Positions 1 through 12,065 of a stretch of 64,000 nt of DNA are shown here, one piece after another (the first letter of the stretch is position 1; the number at the start of each line of letters is the position of its first letter). The stretch is from Callorhinchus milii. Its lineage: Eukaryota. The notes under the pieces are model-generated. The model saw only the letters and a list, made by a program, of their open reading frames with translations. It made no database searches and was not told the origin of the DNA. Both the position numbers and the translations under genes were made by a program. Where the stretch lies: assembly GCF_018977255.1 (NCBI RefSeq), contig NW_024704742.1, positions 131,070,001 through 131,134,000 on the forward strand, given 5' to 3'.

Positions 1-213
1 ACCGACAGAGAATTACACTGAACCATTTTTCCTCTCTCTCTCCTAATGTCCTTAACACTTGTGAGATGACATTTCGTTTGCCTGGGCTTACTGAAAAAGA
101 TTAATTCAATATGTTTCCCTTGATTTTCTTCTGTGAAATGCATAGCATTCTTTTACACCAAAGTTATGACATGATTGCCTTTTTTTTTATCAATGTGAGA
201 CTTATGTGACAAG

Positions 214-1050
214 CAACAACAACAACAAAATTACATTTGTATAGTGCCTTTCACATCAGGAGGATAATTAATGTTTCGGATCCGAGCTGGGGTTCAGGAT
301 CGGGGAGGTTGTAGGGTAGGGGGAGAAGGAGGGTGACCGAAGACACAATCAAAGAGGAAGGTCTTGAGATGGGTCTTGAAGGAAGCAAGGGAGGGGCGAG
401 GCAGAGGGACAGTGGGATGGAGTTCCAGAGGATGGGAGCAAAGTGGCAGAAGGCCTGCCCGCCAATGGTGGGTGGGGGTGGGGGTGCAAGGCGGGAGATG
501 TGAAGCAGGCCGGAGTCCGCTGAGCAGTGGGAGCGGCAGGTTGGTAGGGGGTTAGAAGGTCGCAAAGGTAGGAGGGGAGCAAGGCCATGGAGGGCTTTGA
601 AGGTGAGGACCAGGATCTTGAACTGTATCCTCTGTGTGATGGGAAGCCAGTGAAGTCAGGCGAGAATGGGGGTGATAGGGTGCGGAACCTAGTGCGGGAG
701 AGACAACGTGCTGCAGAGTGGAGGGAGGAGTTGGGGGGGCCGATAAGCAGGGAGTTTGCGTAGTTGAGCCTGGATGTTAGGAATGTGCTTGTGAGGGTTT
801 CAGCGACCTGCGGTGTGAGACAGTGGTGGAGCCGGGTGATGTCGCGGAGGTGGGGGATGGCAGAGTGGGTCATGGCACGGATGTGGGGTATAAGGGAGAG
901 TTGAGGGTCAAACAAGACGCCAATGTTCTGGATTGGCTTAGCAAGGTGGAGTGTGCATCCTTGGATAGTGACGTTATCAGCACCTGAGGTGTGGAGGGGC
1001 TGACGGGAGCCAATCAGGAGAGCCTCGGTCTTGTTGACATTAAACTGTAG
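214..1050 (-). mobile_element. LINE-2 (L2 clade) 5'-truncated copy: ORF2 C-terminal remnant, 3' UTR and (TTG)n tail
   Basis: ORF 349..1089 reads LQFNVNKTEALLIG...IQNIGVLFDPQLSL..HI...LTSTFLTSRLNYANSLLIG, the typical L2 post-RT region, and is frameshifted downstream. Ends (minus strand) in GTGAAAGGCACTATACAAATGTAATTT(TGT)n. Confidence 0.92.
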
Positions 1051-1167
1051 AACGTTAAATTCAACCCAGAGATTGAGATTCAATATCAAATTCTTACTGC
1101 TCTGCTCTGATCAAGGGTATGAGTCACAAGCTTTCTGCTGCACCCTGTTCTTGCCCTGCTAACGCAT

Positions 1168-1490
1168 TAGTAATAATCCTTGCGTTTGATATAGCGCCTT
1201 ATCACATCTTTGAGCTGTCTGAAAGCACTTCGCAGAATATACTGCAAAGTAAATTGACTGTATTTTGTGGGCGAAATGTGGCAGCCAATTGCACACAGCA
1301 GTGTCCCACAAACCGTCGTGGATTAAGTAAAACATTTTTTTCAAGGAATTATTACCCCTGAAAAGCGATTCTCCAATACTAGGTAAACAGATATGTGGAG
1401 TAAGGAAACTTGCCTAAGGTTTCGCCCTGCCGAGAATCAAACCTGGGACCTCTTGATTGCGAGGTGAGCATGCTAACCACTAAACCACAA
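1168..1490 (-). mobile_element. SINE-A, long subfamily, near full length
   Basis: tRNA-like head, CCTTAGGCAAGTTTCCTTACTCCAC block, GTTTACCTAG segment, Deu 3' part and CGCTATATCAAA.GCAAGG(ATT)n tail. Confidence 0.88.
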
Positions 1491-1984
1491 TATCTTATTA
1501 TCACAAAGTCACTACGCTTCACAGTAAAATGTGCAACGCTTTGAGGTGTCTCAACGACTTAATAAGATGCTCGATCAAATGAAAGGGTTGATGTATCAAT
1601 GCTATCAACACTCCTCATATGACGGCTGATGAATGCTTTCGTACAGCAAGAAAATTTGGACTCTTTCTCCTAAAGTCACCTTATTTGCCTTTATTCCCGA
1701 TGTGAAAGGCGCTATACAAATGTAATCTTGTTATTGTTGTTGTTTATTTTTCACTGCAGCCGAATGCTTGGCTAATGATTTCCTAGATTTATCCACAGTA
1801 ATAAACACAGAAATTATTCCTGAGGTGCACCACCATTTCACTTAGGATGCATTTCCTACAGCGCTGTTGCAGAAAATCACGTGCCACAGAGCACATCAAA
1901 GAATGTTACAGCGGGGGTGGTGGGGGTGGGGGGCAGCCCCAATGGTGTAATGGATAGAGCTGTATCTTACAGACCTTCGCTGGT

Positions 1985-2250
1985 TTAAATCCTGGTCTTT
2001 AGCCTTTCTGCACCCACCCCCTGAAACTCCATCCTGGAGCCCCTCTATCTTGCCCCCTCCATTGCCTCCTTCAAGACCCTCCTCTTCGACTGGGCCTTCG
2101 GTTATCTTCCCACCCACCTCCCCCACCCCCCTGCACTCCACCCCGCTTGACTCCAACCCGCAGCTCGGGTGCAAACCCTTGACTGTCCAGTGTCTTGGGG
2201 CATCTTACCGATGTGAAAGACGCTATATAAATGCAATTTGTTGTTGTTGG
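1985..2250 (+). mobile_element. L2 3' end fragment
   Basis: C-rich L2 3' region ending GATGTGAAAGACGCTATATAAATGCAATTTG(TTG)n. Confidence 0.8.
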
Positions 2251-2269
2251 TGTCCTGTTCTGCATTTGC

Positions 2270-2520
2270 CGATCTTAGCTGAGGCTGCGTGGGTGGCTAA
2301 ATTGGCTCCAGTTAGTTCTCAGAGCTAAAGAGGGGAAAATCAGTAGGGATCTCAGCTCCTGATCCCTCTCCTGGTTGTACTTGTGTGTGGCAGACAGGTG
2401 TGGAGAGGTCAGGCCTGGCTGTGACACCCTCTGTAGGTCTGCCGACACTCACTGCCAAAGCTCACACAAGGACAATGGTCCCTTGGTTTAGGTTACTGGA
2501 AGGCAACCAGAAAGGCAAAC
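2270..2520 (+). repeat. Degraded body of an old interspersed repeat (probably a SINE), family not assigned
   Basis: CTGTGACACCCTCTGTAGGTCTGCCGACACTCACTGCCAAAGCTCACACAAGGACAATGG resembles an old vertebrate SINE body, from memory only. No second full copy in the window. Confidence 0.35.
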
Positions 2521-2684
2521 TAGATGCAACAGATAGACGCTATCACGGAGGGAACACGCAAAGCTAATACATTTTTCACACGCACTTTTGTAAAGGCAAG
2601 ATGCTCAAATGCATAGGTAGTCAGCGGTTTGCTTTGGGAATCTTCAACACAAATAGATACCAGTAAACAATACATTAGAAAGCG

Positions 2685-3110
2685 CAGCCTGGCTGGATGG
2701 GTTATACCCAAGAATCTTCAAAGAAATCTAAGAGAAAATGAACAAGACTCTCATTAAATATTTTAGGAACTGAGTAAACCTAGAGCTGCACCAGAGGATG
2801 TGAGACATAGCAGCAAATACCACCCTGTTATTCAAAATGAAAGGACCAGTTTAACCTAGCATCAGTCTCGAGCAAAATGCTTGGAAGCATACACAGAACG
2901 CAATCAATGTTCATCTAAGCAGCAAAGGAGTAACTAGTGTGAATTTTGAAGCGATAGGTCAAACCTGACAAAACGGTTGGAATTCTATCAGGGCCTATTT
3001 TGACTTGTGGATGAGGGCTGCCCAGTGGAGATAATTTACTTACATTTTCGATGGGCTTTTTGAGAAAGTTCCCCACATGAGACTCTTCGAGTAAGGTTAA
3101 AGCCCAGAGT
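2685..3110 (+). mobile_element. CR1 LINE ORF2 reverse-transcriptase N-terminal remnant (pseudogenised)
   Basis: Broken frames give DGLYPRIFKE ... VDEGCPVEIIYLHF..AF / EKVPHMRL, matching CR1 RT motifs PGPDG.YPR.LKE and VD.G..VD.IYLDF.KAFDKVPH.RL. Multiple indels. Confidence 0.8.
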
Positions 3111-3289
3111 TCTGGCCAACAAGGCTCCAGATAAATTGTTCATTCACTTTGTGAGTGTTTGCGGGATTTTGTTGAGTGCAAATTGGCTTTCCGCGTTTGT
3201 CTACAAAATGCACTCGACAACAATTACCTGTGAATCACTTTGAGACATTTCAATGTTAAGCTATGTCAAAGGCAAGGATTATTTAAAGC

Positions 3290-3697
3290 TTGTGGAATGA
3301 TGGCAAATTGTTGAATTCAATCTTAACTTGGAAGCTGTTTTTCTGTGATGCTTAAAAGGAACTTTGCAACACAAAAAAGGCTTAAAAATGAAGGCTCTAT
3401 ACAATAAATAATTATATTTGTGTAGCATCTTTCACGATGGGAGGATATCCCAAGGCGCTAGACATTCAGGGATTTGTACTCGAGCTGGGAGTTGGGATCA
3501 GGGAGGATGGAGGGCATGGGGGATAGGAGGGTGGCTGAAGACTCGACCAAAGAGGAGGGTTTTGAGAAGCTCCTTGAAGGAGGCGAAGGAGCGAGATGAA
3601 GGGAATGTGGGACGGTATACAAGAATGTGCCAAATTCTGCACGTCCTGAAATAATGAGAAAACAAGAGTAAATCTAGACCCAGGTAATTTCTCCCCA
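3290..3697. mobile_element. Foldback/MITE family F copy, interrupted by an L2 3' end
   Basis: Left arm GCAAATTGTTGAATTCAATCTTAACTTGGAAGC. Right arm AAATTCTGCACGTCCTGAAA...GACCCAGGTAATTTCTCCCC matches the arms of the copy at 54980-55178. Confidence 0.6.
3405..3615 (-). mobile_element. L2 3' end fragment nested in MITE F
   Basis: TTTCACGATGGGAGGATATCCCAAGGCGCT tail followed by purine-rich L2 3' region. Confidence 0.75.
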
Positions 3698-3844
3698 AGA
3701 TTCACTCACCATTTGATCTGCCTGTGCTTGAGACAGCATCCTTATCAAAACATGCAATTCTATACCAAGGGTGCATAGTATGTGGCATATAATTCAATGG
3801 TTGAGTAATAAATACTTTGGTTTGGTGCTCTTCAAGGATGGTGG

Positions 3845-4645
3845 TAATAATAATAATAATATAATCATTAACCTCCTTGCATTTGATGTAGTATCTTATT
3901 GCATCTTTGAAATGTCTCGAAGCGCTTCACAGGAATTTACTGTAAAGTGTAATAACTGTGTATTTCGTAGGCGAATGCGGCAGCCGATTTGCACAGCGCA
4001 ATGTTCCACAAACAGCCATGACAGTGAACAACCCATTTTATTTGGAAGAATGTTGGCGGAGAGACTGGGGAAAATTCCCTTCTCTTTTCGAATAACGTCA
4101 TGGGATCTTTAACATAATAATAATAATAATAATCCTTGCATTTGATATAGCGCTTTTCACGTCGGGAGGACGTCCCAAAGCGCTTCACAGAACACACTGT
4201 AAAGTGAATTGACTGTATATTTGTGGGCGAACGCGGCAGCCAATTGCGCACAGCAATGTCCCACAAACAGTTGTGGATTGAAAAGGACCAATTTATTATT
4301 GTTTTGGGTTTTGGAGGGATTATTATTAGGTGTGTGGAGTAAGGAAACTTGCCCAAGGTTTCACCCTCTGCCTGGAAATGAACTCAGGTCTCTCACCTGC
4401 AAAGCGAGTGCTCTAACCACTGAGCTACAGGACTCCACGACAGGACTACAGGACATCCCACCTGAACAATTGGGTGGGGCCCTTAGTTTAATATCTCATC
4501 CGAAGGATGCCACCTCTGACAATGCAGCACCCCCCAGCATTGCACTGGAGTGTCAACTTGGACTATGAGCTCAAAGTCCCGACATGGGGCCTTGAAACCA
4601 CAACCTTCTGACTCAGAGGCGAGAGCGCTACCGACTGACAGGCTG
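3845..4645 (-). mobile_element. SINE-B (DeuSINE), full length, interrupted by SINE-A
   Basis: Head TCAGTCGGTAGCGCTCTCGCCTCTGAGTCAGAAGGTTGTGGTTTCAAG, then Deu domain GCATTGTCAGAGGTGGCATCCTTCGGATGAGATATTAAAC...GTTAAAGATCCCATG. Confidence 0.88.
4114..4438 (-). mobile_element. SINE-A, short (young) subfamily, full length
   Basis: Nearly identical to copies at 40622-40951 and 48099-48410. Intact A/B boxes and long (ATT)n tail. Confidence 0.93.
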
Positions 4646-5699
4646 GTATCAATCAATATACGCCCAGGTACGAAATAAAACAGACACGCTTCCAGCTTTG
4701 CTAATCATTGGCCTGATTCATACCCTGCAATAAGAGAACGAAGGCTCTACCAGTCTGATATTTTCTTGCGTGCCCTTTCTGTGCATCCTATCGGACTGAG
4801 TTTGTCAAATTAGTGCTAACGTCGGGGCCCTTTTTTTTAAGCTGCAGATTCACGTCCTCTGGGAACGGGGACTGGATTGCAACTGCCCAAATACATTTAG
4901 TTTCTGTGGATCACCGACCGTCGGTGGCAAGAGACCCCTGTCTCCTTAGGGATCTTGGGACAAGTTTAGTTGTCCCCAGCCTTGGGCTGCTATACACGCA
5001 GTCTGGAGGAAGTCATCCTTCCCCTCTATCTGTGACGGAATGAATCTGGACTCTTAACCACTGGAAACAAAACTACATTTATGAAAAGTGCATTATTCTT
5101 CCAATTCCCTTCTGATTGAAAAAGTCAAGGCTCTGAGCTGCAACGTTTGATGAACCCAGAGGGAAACAACATCCTCCGCTCTCTCTCTTCCTCTAATACA
5201 TCAAGTCAGGCAACCTAAGTATCTCTCCACTTGAAAGAGTCACATTTTCCATCGTTGACTGATAGAATGCATCAGTAAGGTGACAAAGCCATATACTTTC
5301 CTCCCCCCGCCTTCCCGCCCCCACCTTGAGTAGCAAGAGGGACATTTGTTCATGACAAGGCATGCGCAATTAACAACACTTGACATTAACTCTACCTGGC
5401 AGCAAGACTCAGATAATATGGATCGAAAAGGATCCTATATTTGAACAAGCTGTGCAAGACTGCTGGGCAAAGACTTAAAGAAATACATTTTTCCCAATCC
5501 TACCCCCCCCAAAGAACCAGAGGAGCCTAGACAAGCAAATAACCTCATTGTTGACTTATATTACATTATTACATAAAAAATTCATTGCGTTTGATGCTGT
5601 GCCTATAACATTGAAACATCTCAAAGCGATTCAGAGCAAATGGCTTGTCAGGTGTGGTAATTGCATACTTGGAGGTAAAAGCAGCACCCAATCAATTCA

Positions 5700-5820
5700 T
5701 CTGAAGGGCGGCATGACTGAGTGTCAGCCTCGACAATAAGCTCAAATTCCTGACATGGGGCTGGAACCCACAACCTTCTAACTCAGAGGCGAGAGTGTTA
5801 CTGACTGAGTCGGGCTTGAC
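5700..5820 (-). mobile_element. SINE-B head fragment
   Basis: GAACCCACAACCTTCTAACTCAGAGGCGAGAGTGTTACTGACTGAG is the reverse of the SINE-B tRNA head. Confidence 0.75.
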
Positions 5821-6059
5821 AACTTGCCTACAAAATGTATTACAGTATATCCTATGAAGCATTTTGAGACTTCCTCCCAAAGTAAAGGGCGCTTTGTCAA
5901 ATACAAGAATTCTTAAACTAATAATCATTATTATTAATAGCATGGCAGCTAATCTACCCAGCTCTGAGGCATGTGAGTGAGTCCCTCCGGGCTGTTACAG
6001 CACGATAATGGAGGATGTTGGTTTGGAAGAGTGCTCAAAGGCACCTTGAGGAGCCAACA

Positions 6060-6390
6060 AGTAACAGTAACAACAACAACAACTTGCACTTATATAGCAC
6101 CTTTCACGTGGGGGAGAATCTTGGGCTGCTGAACAATGGGGTAGTTTGACGCCAAGCCAGGGAGAAAGCAAAGGTGACAAGATCAAAGGCAAACTTGAAG
6201 AGGAAAGTCTTCAGAGGAGGCAGAGGAGATGAGGTTAAGAAATAATAATAATTCTTGTATTTGATATAGCGCCTTATCACGTTTTCAAGATGTCTCAAAG
6301 CGCATCGCAGAATATACTGTGAAGTGAATTGACCGTATATTTTGCGGGCGAAACGCGGCAGCCAATTGCGCACAGCAGCATCCCACAAAG
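6060..6390 (-). mobile_element. L2 3' end (6060-6238) followed by SINE-A 3' fragment (6240-6390)
   Basis: (AAC)n TTGCACTTATATAGCACCTTTCACG, then (AAT)n..TTTGATATAGCGCCTTATCACG. Confidence 0.75.
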
Positions 6391-9152
6391 AGTTGAAAAA
6401 GAGGTAAAGAACCAAAGGCCAGATGTTCCAGGGCTTCTGTCCAGCTCCAAGCCGTGTGTCCACCCCCAGATCCATCAATGCTGTGAAGCATGCCTGGCTA
6501 CAGCCCTTGCTTCCTCCACTTGAAGGAGGCCTTGCTTTTGATGCTGACAAGCATTGCAGCATGCCAAACCTGACCACTTAATTAAATCCAAGTCAAGCAA
6601 AAGAGGGGGAAAAATAGAGCTAACTGTAGCCGCTTACTGTCAATTGTCTCCTGTGCCCTCGATGAATTCCACCTGACAGCTTACATCCTTTTCCTCAAAG
6701 TTATGGCAGCCCTTTCTTGTTCTGTCCCCTCCCAAGTGCCCACACATTCGCAAATCATCCCTCAGTTTCTAGCTGATCAGACACTTGTGTTTTGTGAACT
6801 ATAATGTAACTGGTGCAATCTAATTAGATCTAAAGACGGTTTTATGTGTGTGTGTGTGTTTGTGGGGGAGGGAGGGACGACAAGGGGGAAGTAGGCTCAT
6901 GGGAACATTATTGAAAGAGGAAGATGATTTTTTAAAAAATCTTTCAAATAGATTAATCCCTTTCAAAAGCGTGTTGTTTTTGTAGGGTATAATTGGGGTA
7001 ATAATAATCATTGCATTTGATATAGCGTCTTATCATGTCATTGAGACGTCTCAAAGCGCTTTACAGGATATACTGTAAAGTGGATTGACTGTGTATTTTG
7101 TGGGCGAATGTGGCTTACCACATATAAAAAATAATAAAGGGCCGAATGGCCTACTCCTGATCCTACATGTTACGTTATGTTAATATATTATATATATCAT
7201 ATATCAAAATATCAATTGTAAGTGTTATTATTATTAAGTTTTTACTATTCACCTCATGGCTGTTTGTGTGATATTACGCCGTACAAATTGGCTGACCCAT
7301 TCACCTAGAAAATACACAGTCACTGCACTTTACTGTATATCTTGTGAAGCACTTTGATACATCCTCCCGACGTGACAAGTGCTACATCAAAAGTAAGGAT
7401 TATTATTATTACTATTCACTTCACGGCTGTTTGCTGGACATTGCCATTGGCTGCTGTGTTCCCTTAGACACACATGCAGCCACTATACTTTGCAGTGACT
7501 TTCCTGTGAAGCTTTGAGACGTTTAGAGTTGATGATCAGGCAGGATCTCTACTCTAAGGATTATTATTTATAATAACTGCTATTTTCGGCCAAATGCAAA
7601 TCAGATCATCCAGCTGCAAAATGATATTAAATTATGTTAAACTACCACAGGGAAGGGAGATGAAAGCGAGCTTGATTCGAAACTCGAAGCTCGATTGTAA
7701 CAATATTCTGGAATATTCCACCCGCTTCCCCCCTCACCCCACACACACACACACGCCAACACGGCAAGGAGCAGGGTGTAGCACAACACCCTATTGTCTT
7801 CCGAGAGGAATATAAAATTAATTATAAGAATAATCCTTCCATTCGATACAATGCCTTTCTGTGGCTGTCAATATTGAACCTCAAAGTGCTTTGCATGTCA
7901 TACCGTAAGGCGTAGTGACAAAATATTCACTTCACGGCTGTTTGTGTGATTTTACTCCGTGCAATGTGGCTGCCGTATTCACCTACAAAATACACAGTCA
8001 CTACACTTTATGGTATATCTTTTGATGTGCTTTGAGCCTATTATTTTGGAGGCGAATTGGCTATTAGTGTAGCTCCCCCCGCTCTCGTCCCTCCCCACCA
8101 TTCCCCACCCAGCCCTACGTTGGGCCCACAGCCCCGTTCCAGTGCTAATGTACATTCGCAAAGGCAGGTTAGTGTGTAAAGCAGCTGAAGACTGATCTCA
8201 TGGTGACACAGCCAGAGGACGACAGAATCAAAGTTGACATCTGTCAACTTACATACAGGGATGCTTGTCTGACCATCCAACCCAGGCAGAAGCTTACTAG
8301 CAGTGCGTCGGAGAGACCGAACGCAGGGTGTGTGTGTGTATGTATGTGTGTCTGTGTGTTCACTCTTGAAGGAACCAAAATGCACAAGGGCGGGAGGGAC
8401 TAGTGCTCTGGGATGCTACCCTGTGTGAAGGGAGCTGTATAAATGCAAATTGTTGTTGTGTCTAAAGCCTCTGAAACACTCCCGCTCCTTGCAAATCCCA
8501 AAACAACAAGAGCATGTGATAAATCTCTTAAGCTTTTCTGCACTCTTTTATCCTTTAGGGCAGTGGCTTAATGTTTTATGCGCTTGGATTGCCTCTGTTC
8601 TGTCTTGCAAGACGTGTGAGACATTAAGAGCCTGCACGAAACTATCTATTCCCCGCATTAGAGTCAAGAAAACAAACGCGTTGTGTTTTTTTCATGATCC
8701 TAAATTAGATGAATATAAGGCTGACTCAAGATGCGTTGGAAAGATGGATGGTCCTTGGCCAACAATCCCCCAGATAATCTTGGTCACACACTTCAAGACT
8801 ATTATTGGGACATTGCTGTGCACAAATTGGCTGCCATGTTCACCTACAAAAATACCCAGTCATGAAACTTTACAGTAAAGCCTGTGAAGGGCTTTGAGGC
8901 GTTTTGATGAGGTGATAAATGCAATATTAATTGCCTCGTTCTCTGCAACTGTAAAGCGCTCAGAGGCGCTACTCTCCTTGAATGAAGGACGCTATATCAG
9001 GTTGCCAGGAGAGGTGCTCGAGGCCAGGATATTGGATTCATTTAAAAAGCAGCTTGATGTAGGATGGTACGGTGGGTGTTCTGGAGAGATGAGATTGGAT
9101 GGCCGAAGGGTCTTCTTCACCTTGACCAATTTTATGATCTTGTGAACACATA

Positions 9153-9440
9153 CAACAACAACAACAACAAGATTTCATTTATAGAGCGCCTTTCACGTCG
9201 GGAGGATGTCCCAAGGCGCTAGACAGTTGGGTCAGGACCCGAGCAGGGGAGAAATGGTCAGGGTGAGGGGAGGGAAGGGAGGGAGTGAGGAAGGGGTAGA
9301 GAGTCGAGAGGAGAGCTGAAGCCAAGGTCAAAGAGAAAGGTCTTGAGACCGGCCTTGAAGGAGGAAAGGGAGGAGGCGGCGAAGGCACTGGGGGATGGAG
9401 TTCCAGAGCCTCGGGGCTGAGAGGCTGAAGGCCCGGCCTG
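9153..9440 (-). mobile_element. L2 3' end fragment
   Basis: (AAC)n tail, GCGCCTTTCACGTCGGGAGGATGTCCCAAGGCGCT stem-loop, GAGTTCCAGAG motif. Confidence 0.85.
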
Positions 9441-9489
9441 AATTGGGCAGCAAAAGAATGAGGTGTGAAAGAGAACATGTGAGATCACG

Positions 9490-10095
9490 TGAGACAGACA
9501 GAGTGAGAGAGACGGAGTGAGAGAAAGAGTGAGAGAATGAGTGTCAATGGATCAAGTGAGACAGACAAAGAAACAAGTCAGACAGAGAGACAGCGTGAGA
9601 ATCCAGGAGACAGGCAGAGTGAGAGAGATAGAGTGAGAGACAGAGTGAGAGCAAGGAGCCAAAGAGAGAGAGACAGACAGATAAACAGAGTGAGAGAAAC
9701 AGACAGATTGGGAGATAGAGTGAAAGCAAGAGAGACAGAGTGAGAGCAACGGAGAGACAGAATGAGGAAATGAGTGAACGAGAGTGAGAGAGACAGCAGA
9801 GGAAGTGAGACGACAAATAAAGTGAGACAGAGAGAGTGTGAGTGAAAACAAGATGGATAGCCAGAGTGAGAGTGAGAGAGACTTGCAAAATGAGGCAATG
9901 AGTGAATCAAAGTGAGAGCCACAGACAGAGCAAGTAAGAGATACAGACAACGTGAATGTGACAGAGCGAGACTCAGAGCGACAGAGGCAGACAGAACGAC
10001 AATGAAAGAGTGACAACGAAAGATAGAACGCTTGAATGAGAGACAGAGTGAGACAAAGAGAGTGAGAAAGTGAGAGATAGAAAGTGAGAGACAGA
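9490..10095 (+). repeat. Degenerate purine-rich (GA/GACA/GAGT)n low-complexity tract
   Basis: About 600 bp of GAGAGACAGA/GAGTGA units. This explains the spurious S/L/C-rich ORFs here. Confidence 0.9.
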
Positions 10096-10834
10096 GCAGT
10101 GCCACGGGAACTTTAACATCCATCTGAACAACAACAACAAATTACACTTGTACAGCGCCCTTCATGTCAGAAAGACGTCCCAGGGCAATGGGCAGGATCG
10201 AGCTTTTGGACAGATTTTGGACACGAACTGGAAGTTGGGGGTCAGGAAGGGTGGAAGGTGGTGGGGTGGGGGGGCGGGTGGGTGGGAGGGTGAACAGGTC
10301 TATCATCTGAAGGATGGCACCTCCGACAATGCAGCACACCCCCAGCACTGCACAGGCAGCGTCCCCAACTGAACCAGGCTTAACAGCAATTGATCACGAA
10401 CAAGCCCTGTAATTATTTGGTGCAGAAAAGCACCAGCCTTCATCCAGCGCAGCTCTAGCTGAATTGTGTGACGAGGCTGACTTGACTGTACAACAAGTGC
10501 AAAGTGAAAGGCTTTCTCCCTTTATACGATCCCAGGCTCTGTGTGGGCTGTGAGACTGCAATCATGAAAACCTTTTTTAGAACATCTGTGAGATAATGGC
10601 TCCATCATCTATCATTAAATCCATGAAGCCAATAATTTTTTTCTCTCCCCCTGCGTTCGCATTGCATGTTAGAGAGATTAATTAGAGCCTTTTAAACAGG
10701 TTAGTATGAGATTCTACTCAAAGCATGTTAAAAAAAATCGACAACCCTGACTCCAGTTCCCCCTCCCCCTACTCCATCCTCCCTCCATTGATTTACAACC
10801 ACAACCAAACTTGCATTTAAAAAATAATATTAAT

Positions 10835-11010
10835 AGTAATAATTTGGTCACTCGATCCATGACTGTTTGTGGGCACTGCTGTGTACAATTGGCTGCCTTT
10901 CGCCCACAAAATATAGACAATTCAGTTTACAGTGTATTCTGTGAAGTGTTTTGAGACGTCTCAATTATGTGATAAGGCGCTATATCAAATGCAATGATTA
11001 TTATTATTAT
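10835..11010 (+). mobile_element. SINE-A 3' fragment
   Basis: AATTTGGTCACTC..CATGACTGTTTGTGGG...TTGAGACGTCTCAA...GCGCTATATCAAATGCAATG(ATT)n. Confidence 0.8.
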
Positions 11011-11274
11011 TATTTATATAGCGCCATTCACGCAGGATAGCATCTTGGAGCGCTTTACAGTGGCGGAGTCTCATGCCGAGTCGGGAAGAGGGGGAAATGA
11101 CCATAGGAACGATCAACGAAGAAGGTCTTCAGGTGTGATCAGAAGATGGCCTAAGAGAGAGCAAGGTGGAGGAATTGAGGCAGACTTTAACCCCGATTTA
11201 GCATCGAATCTCATTTCCTTATTTTCTCTGCGACTGAAAACCTGGCACACAGTAAAGAGAGGGTTATATAATTG

Positions 11275-11850
11275 AATGCTTGCATTTGATGTAGCACATC
11301 ATCCTATCAAAAAGCTCCCACCAAACAAGTCACTTCGAGTTGCGGTCATTGTTGTTGCAGAGGAGAGCATGCCAGCTGGTCTGTGCCAGTAAAATCCCCA
11401 AAACAGCTGCAATCAGAATGATCTGGTTGGCAAATTTGGACAAAGGAAGAATGTCAGCCAAGGCATTAGGAGAACACCCCGCTGTTTTTCTAAACCAGCC
11501 GTGGCCAACCCACGGCCTGCGGGCCAGAAGTGGCCCACAGGGACCCTCAAGAAGTGGCCCATCGAACATCCACCTCAGTCCAGGCGCGTCCGCTCCAAAT
11601 CAATGACTTCTTTCCAGTAGTGATGGAGCGGCGATGCCCACTCCACGGCCATAAATGAAAAAATATTCAATTGAGAACATTTATTTTGTTGGCCACCACT
11701 GTCCTAAACAGTGCTACGGGACCTTTAATGTCCACTTGGGCAGATGGATGCGAGGCCTCGTTTTCCTTCTTGCCCGAGGGATGTTCCTTCCAACAAACAG
11801 CCATTCCTCTGTACTGAAGTGGAACGTTACCTAGCATCGTGAGCTCCAGG
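11275..11850 (-). mobile_element. Old SINE-B (Deu domain), host of a hAT MITE
   Basis: Reverse strand reads GTGGACATTAAAGGTCCCGTAGCACTGTTTAGAAAAACAGCGGGGTGTTCTCC once the MITE and one TSD are removed. Confidence 0.7.
11496..11701. mobile_element. Non-autonomous hAT-Charlie DNA transposon (MITE), 206 bp
   Basis: TIRs CAGCCGTGGCCAAC / GTTGGCCACCACTG (12/14 match), subterminal CGGCCTGCGGGCC motif, 8-bp TSD TTCTAAAC (11488-11495) / TCCTAAAC (11702-11709). Confidence 0.9.
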
Positions 11851-11914
11851 AAGCACTGATTATTGGAGAGTGGGAATTTGGAGATAGAGGTTTGTCCTTG
11901 TGAGAGTTAAAATG

Positions 11915-12065
11915 AGAGTCAGTCAGTGAGTGAGTGAGTGAGTGAGTCAGTCAGTCAGTCAGTCTGACAGTCAGTCTGACTGTCTGATTGTCTGTCTGTC
12001 TGTCTTTACGACCATTCATCTGACTGTTTGTCTGAGTGTCAATCTGACTGTCTGACTGTCTGATT
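11915..12065. repeat. Compound tetranucleotide microsatellite (GAGT)n/(CAGT)n/(CTGT)n
   Basis: Directly visible tandem units. Confidence 0.85.

Noticed and set aside
349..1089. 246-aa ORF as a cellular gene
   Set aside because: It is a frameshifted L2 ORF2 remnant without the RT catalytic core, followed by an L2 tail.
3937..4356. Recurrent peptides such as KRYIKCKDYYY and WSKETCPRF in many ORFs
   Set aside because: These are translations of SINE-A sequence, not a protein family.
9537..10123. Overlapping S/L/C-rich and R/E-rich ORFs
   Set aside because: Translation of a degenerate GA-rich simple repeat.
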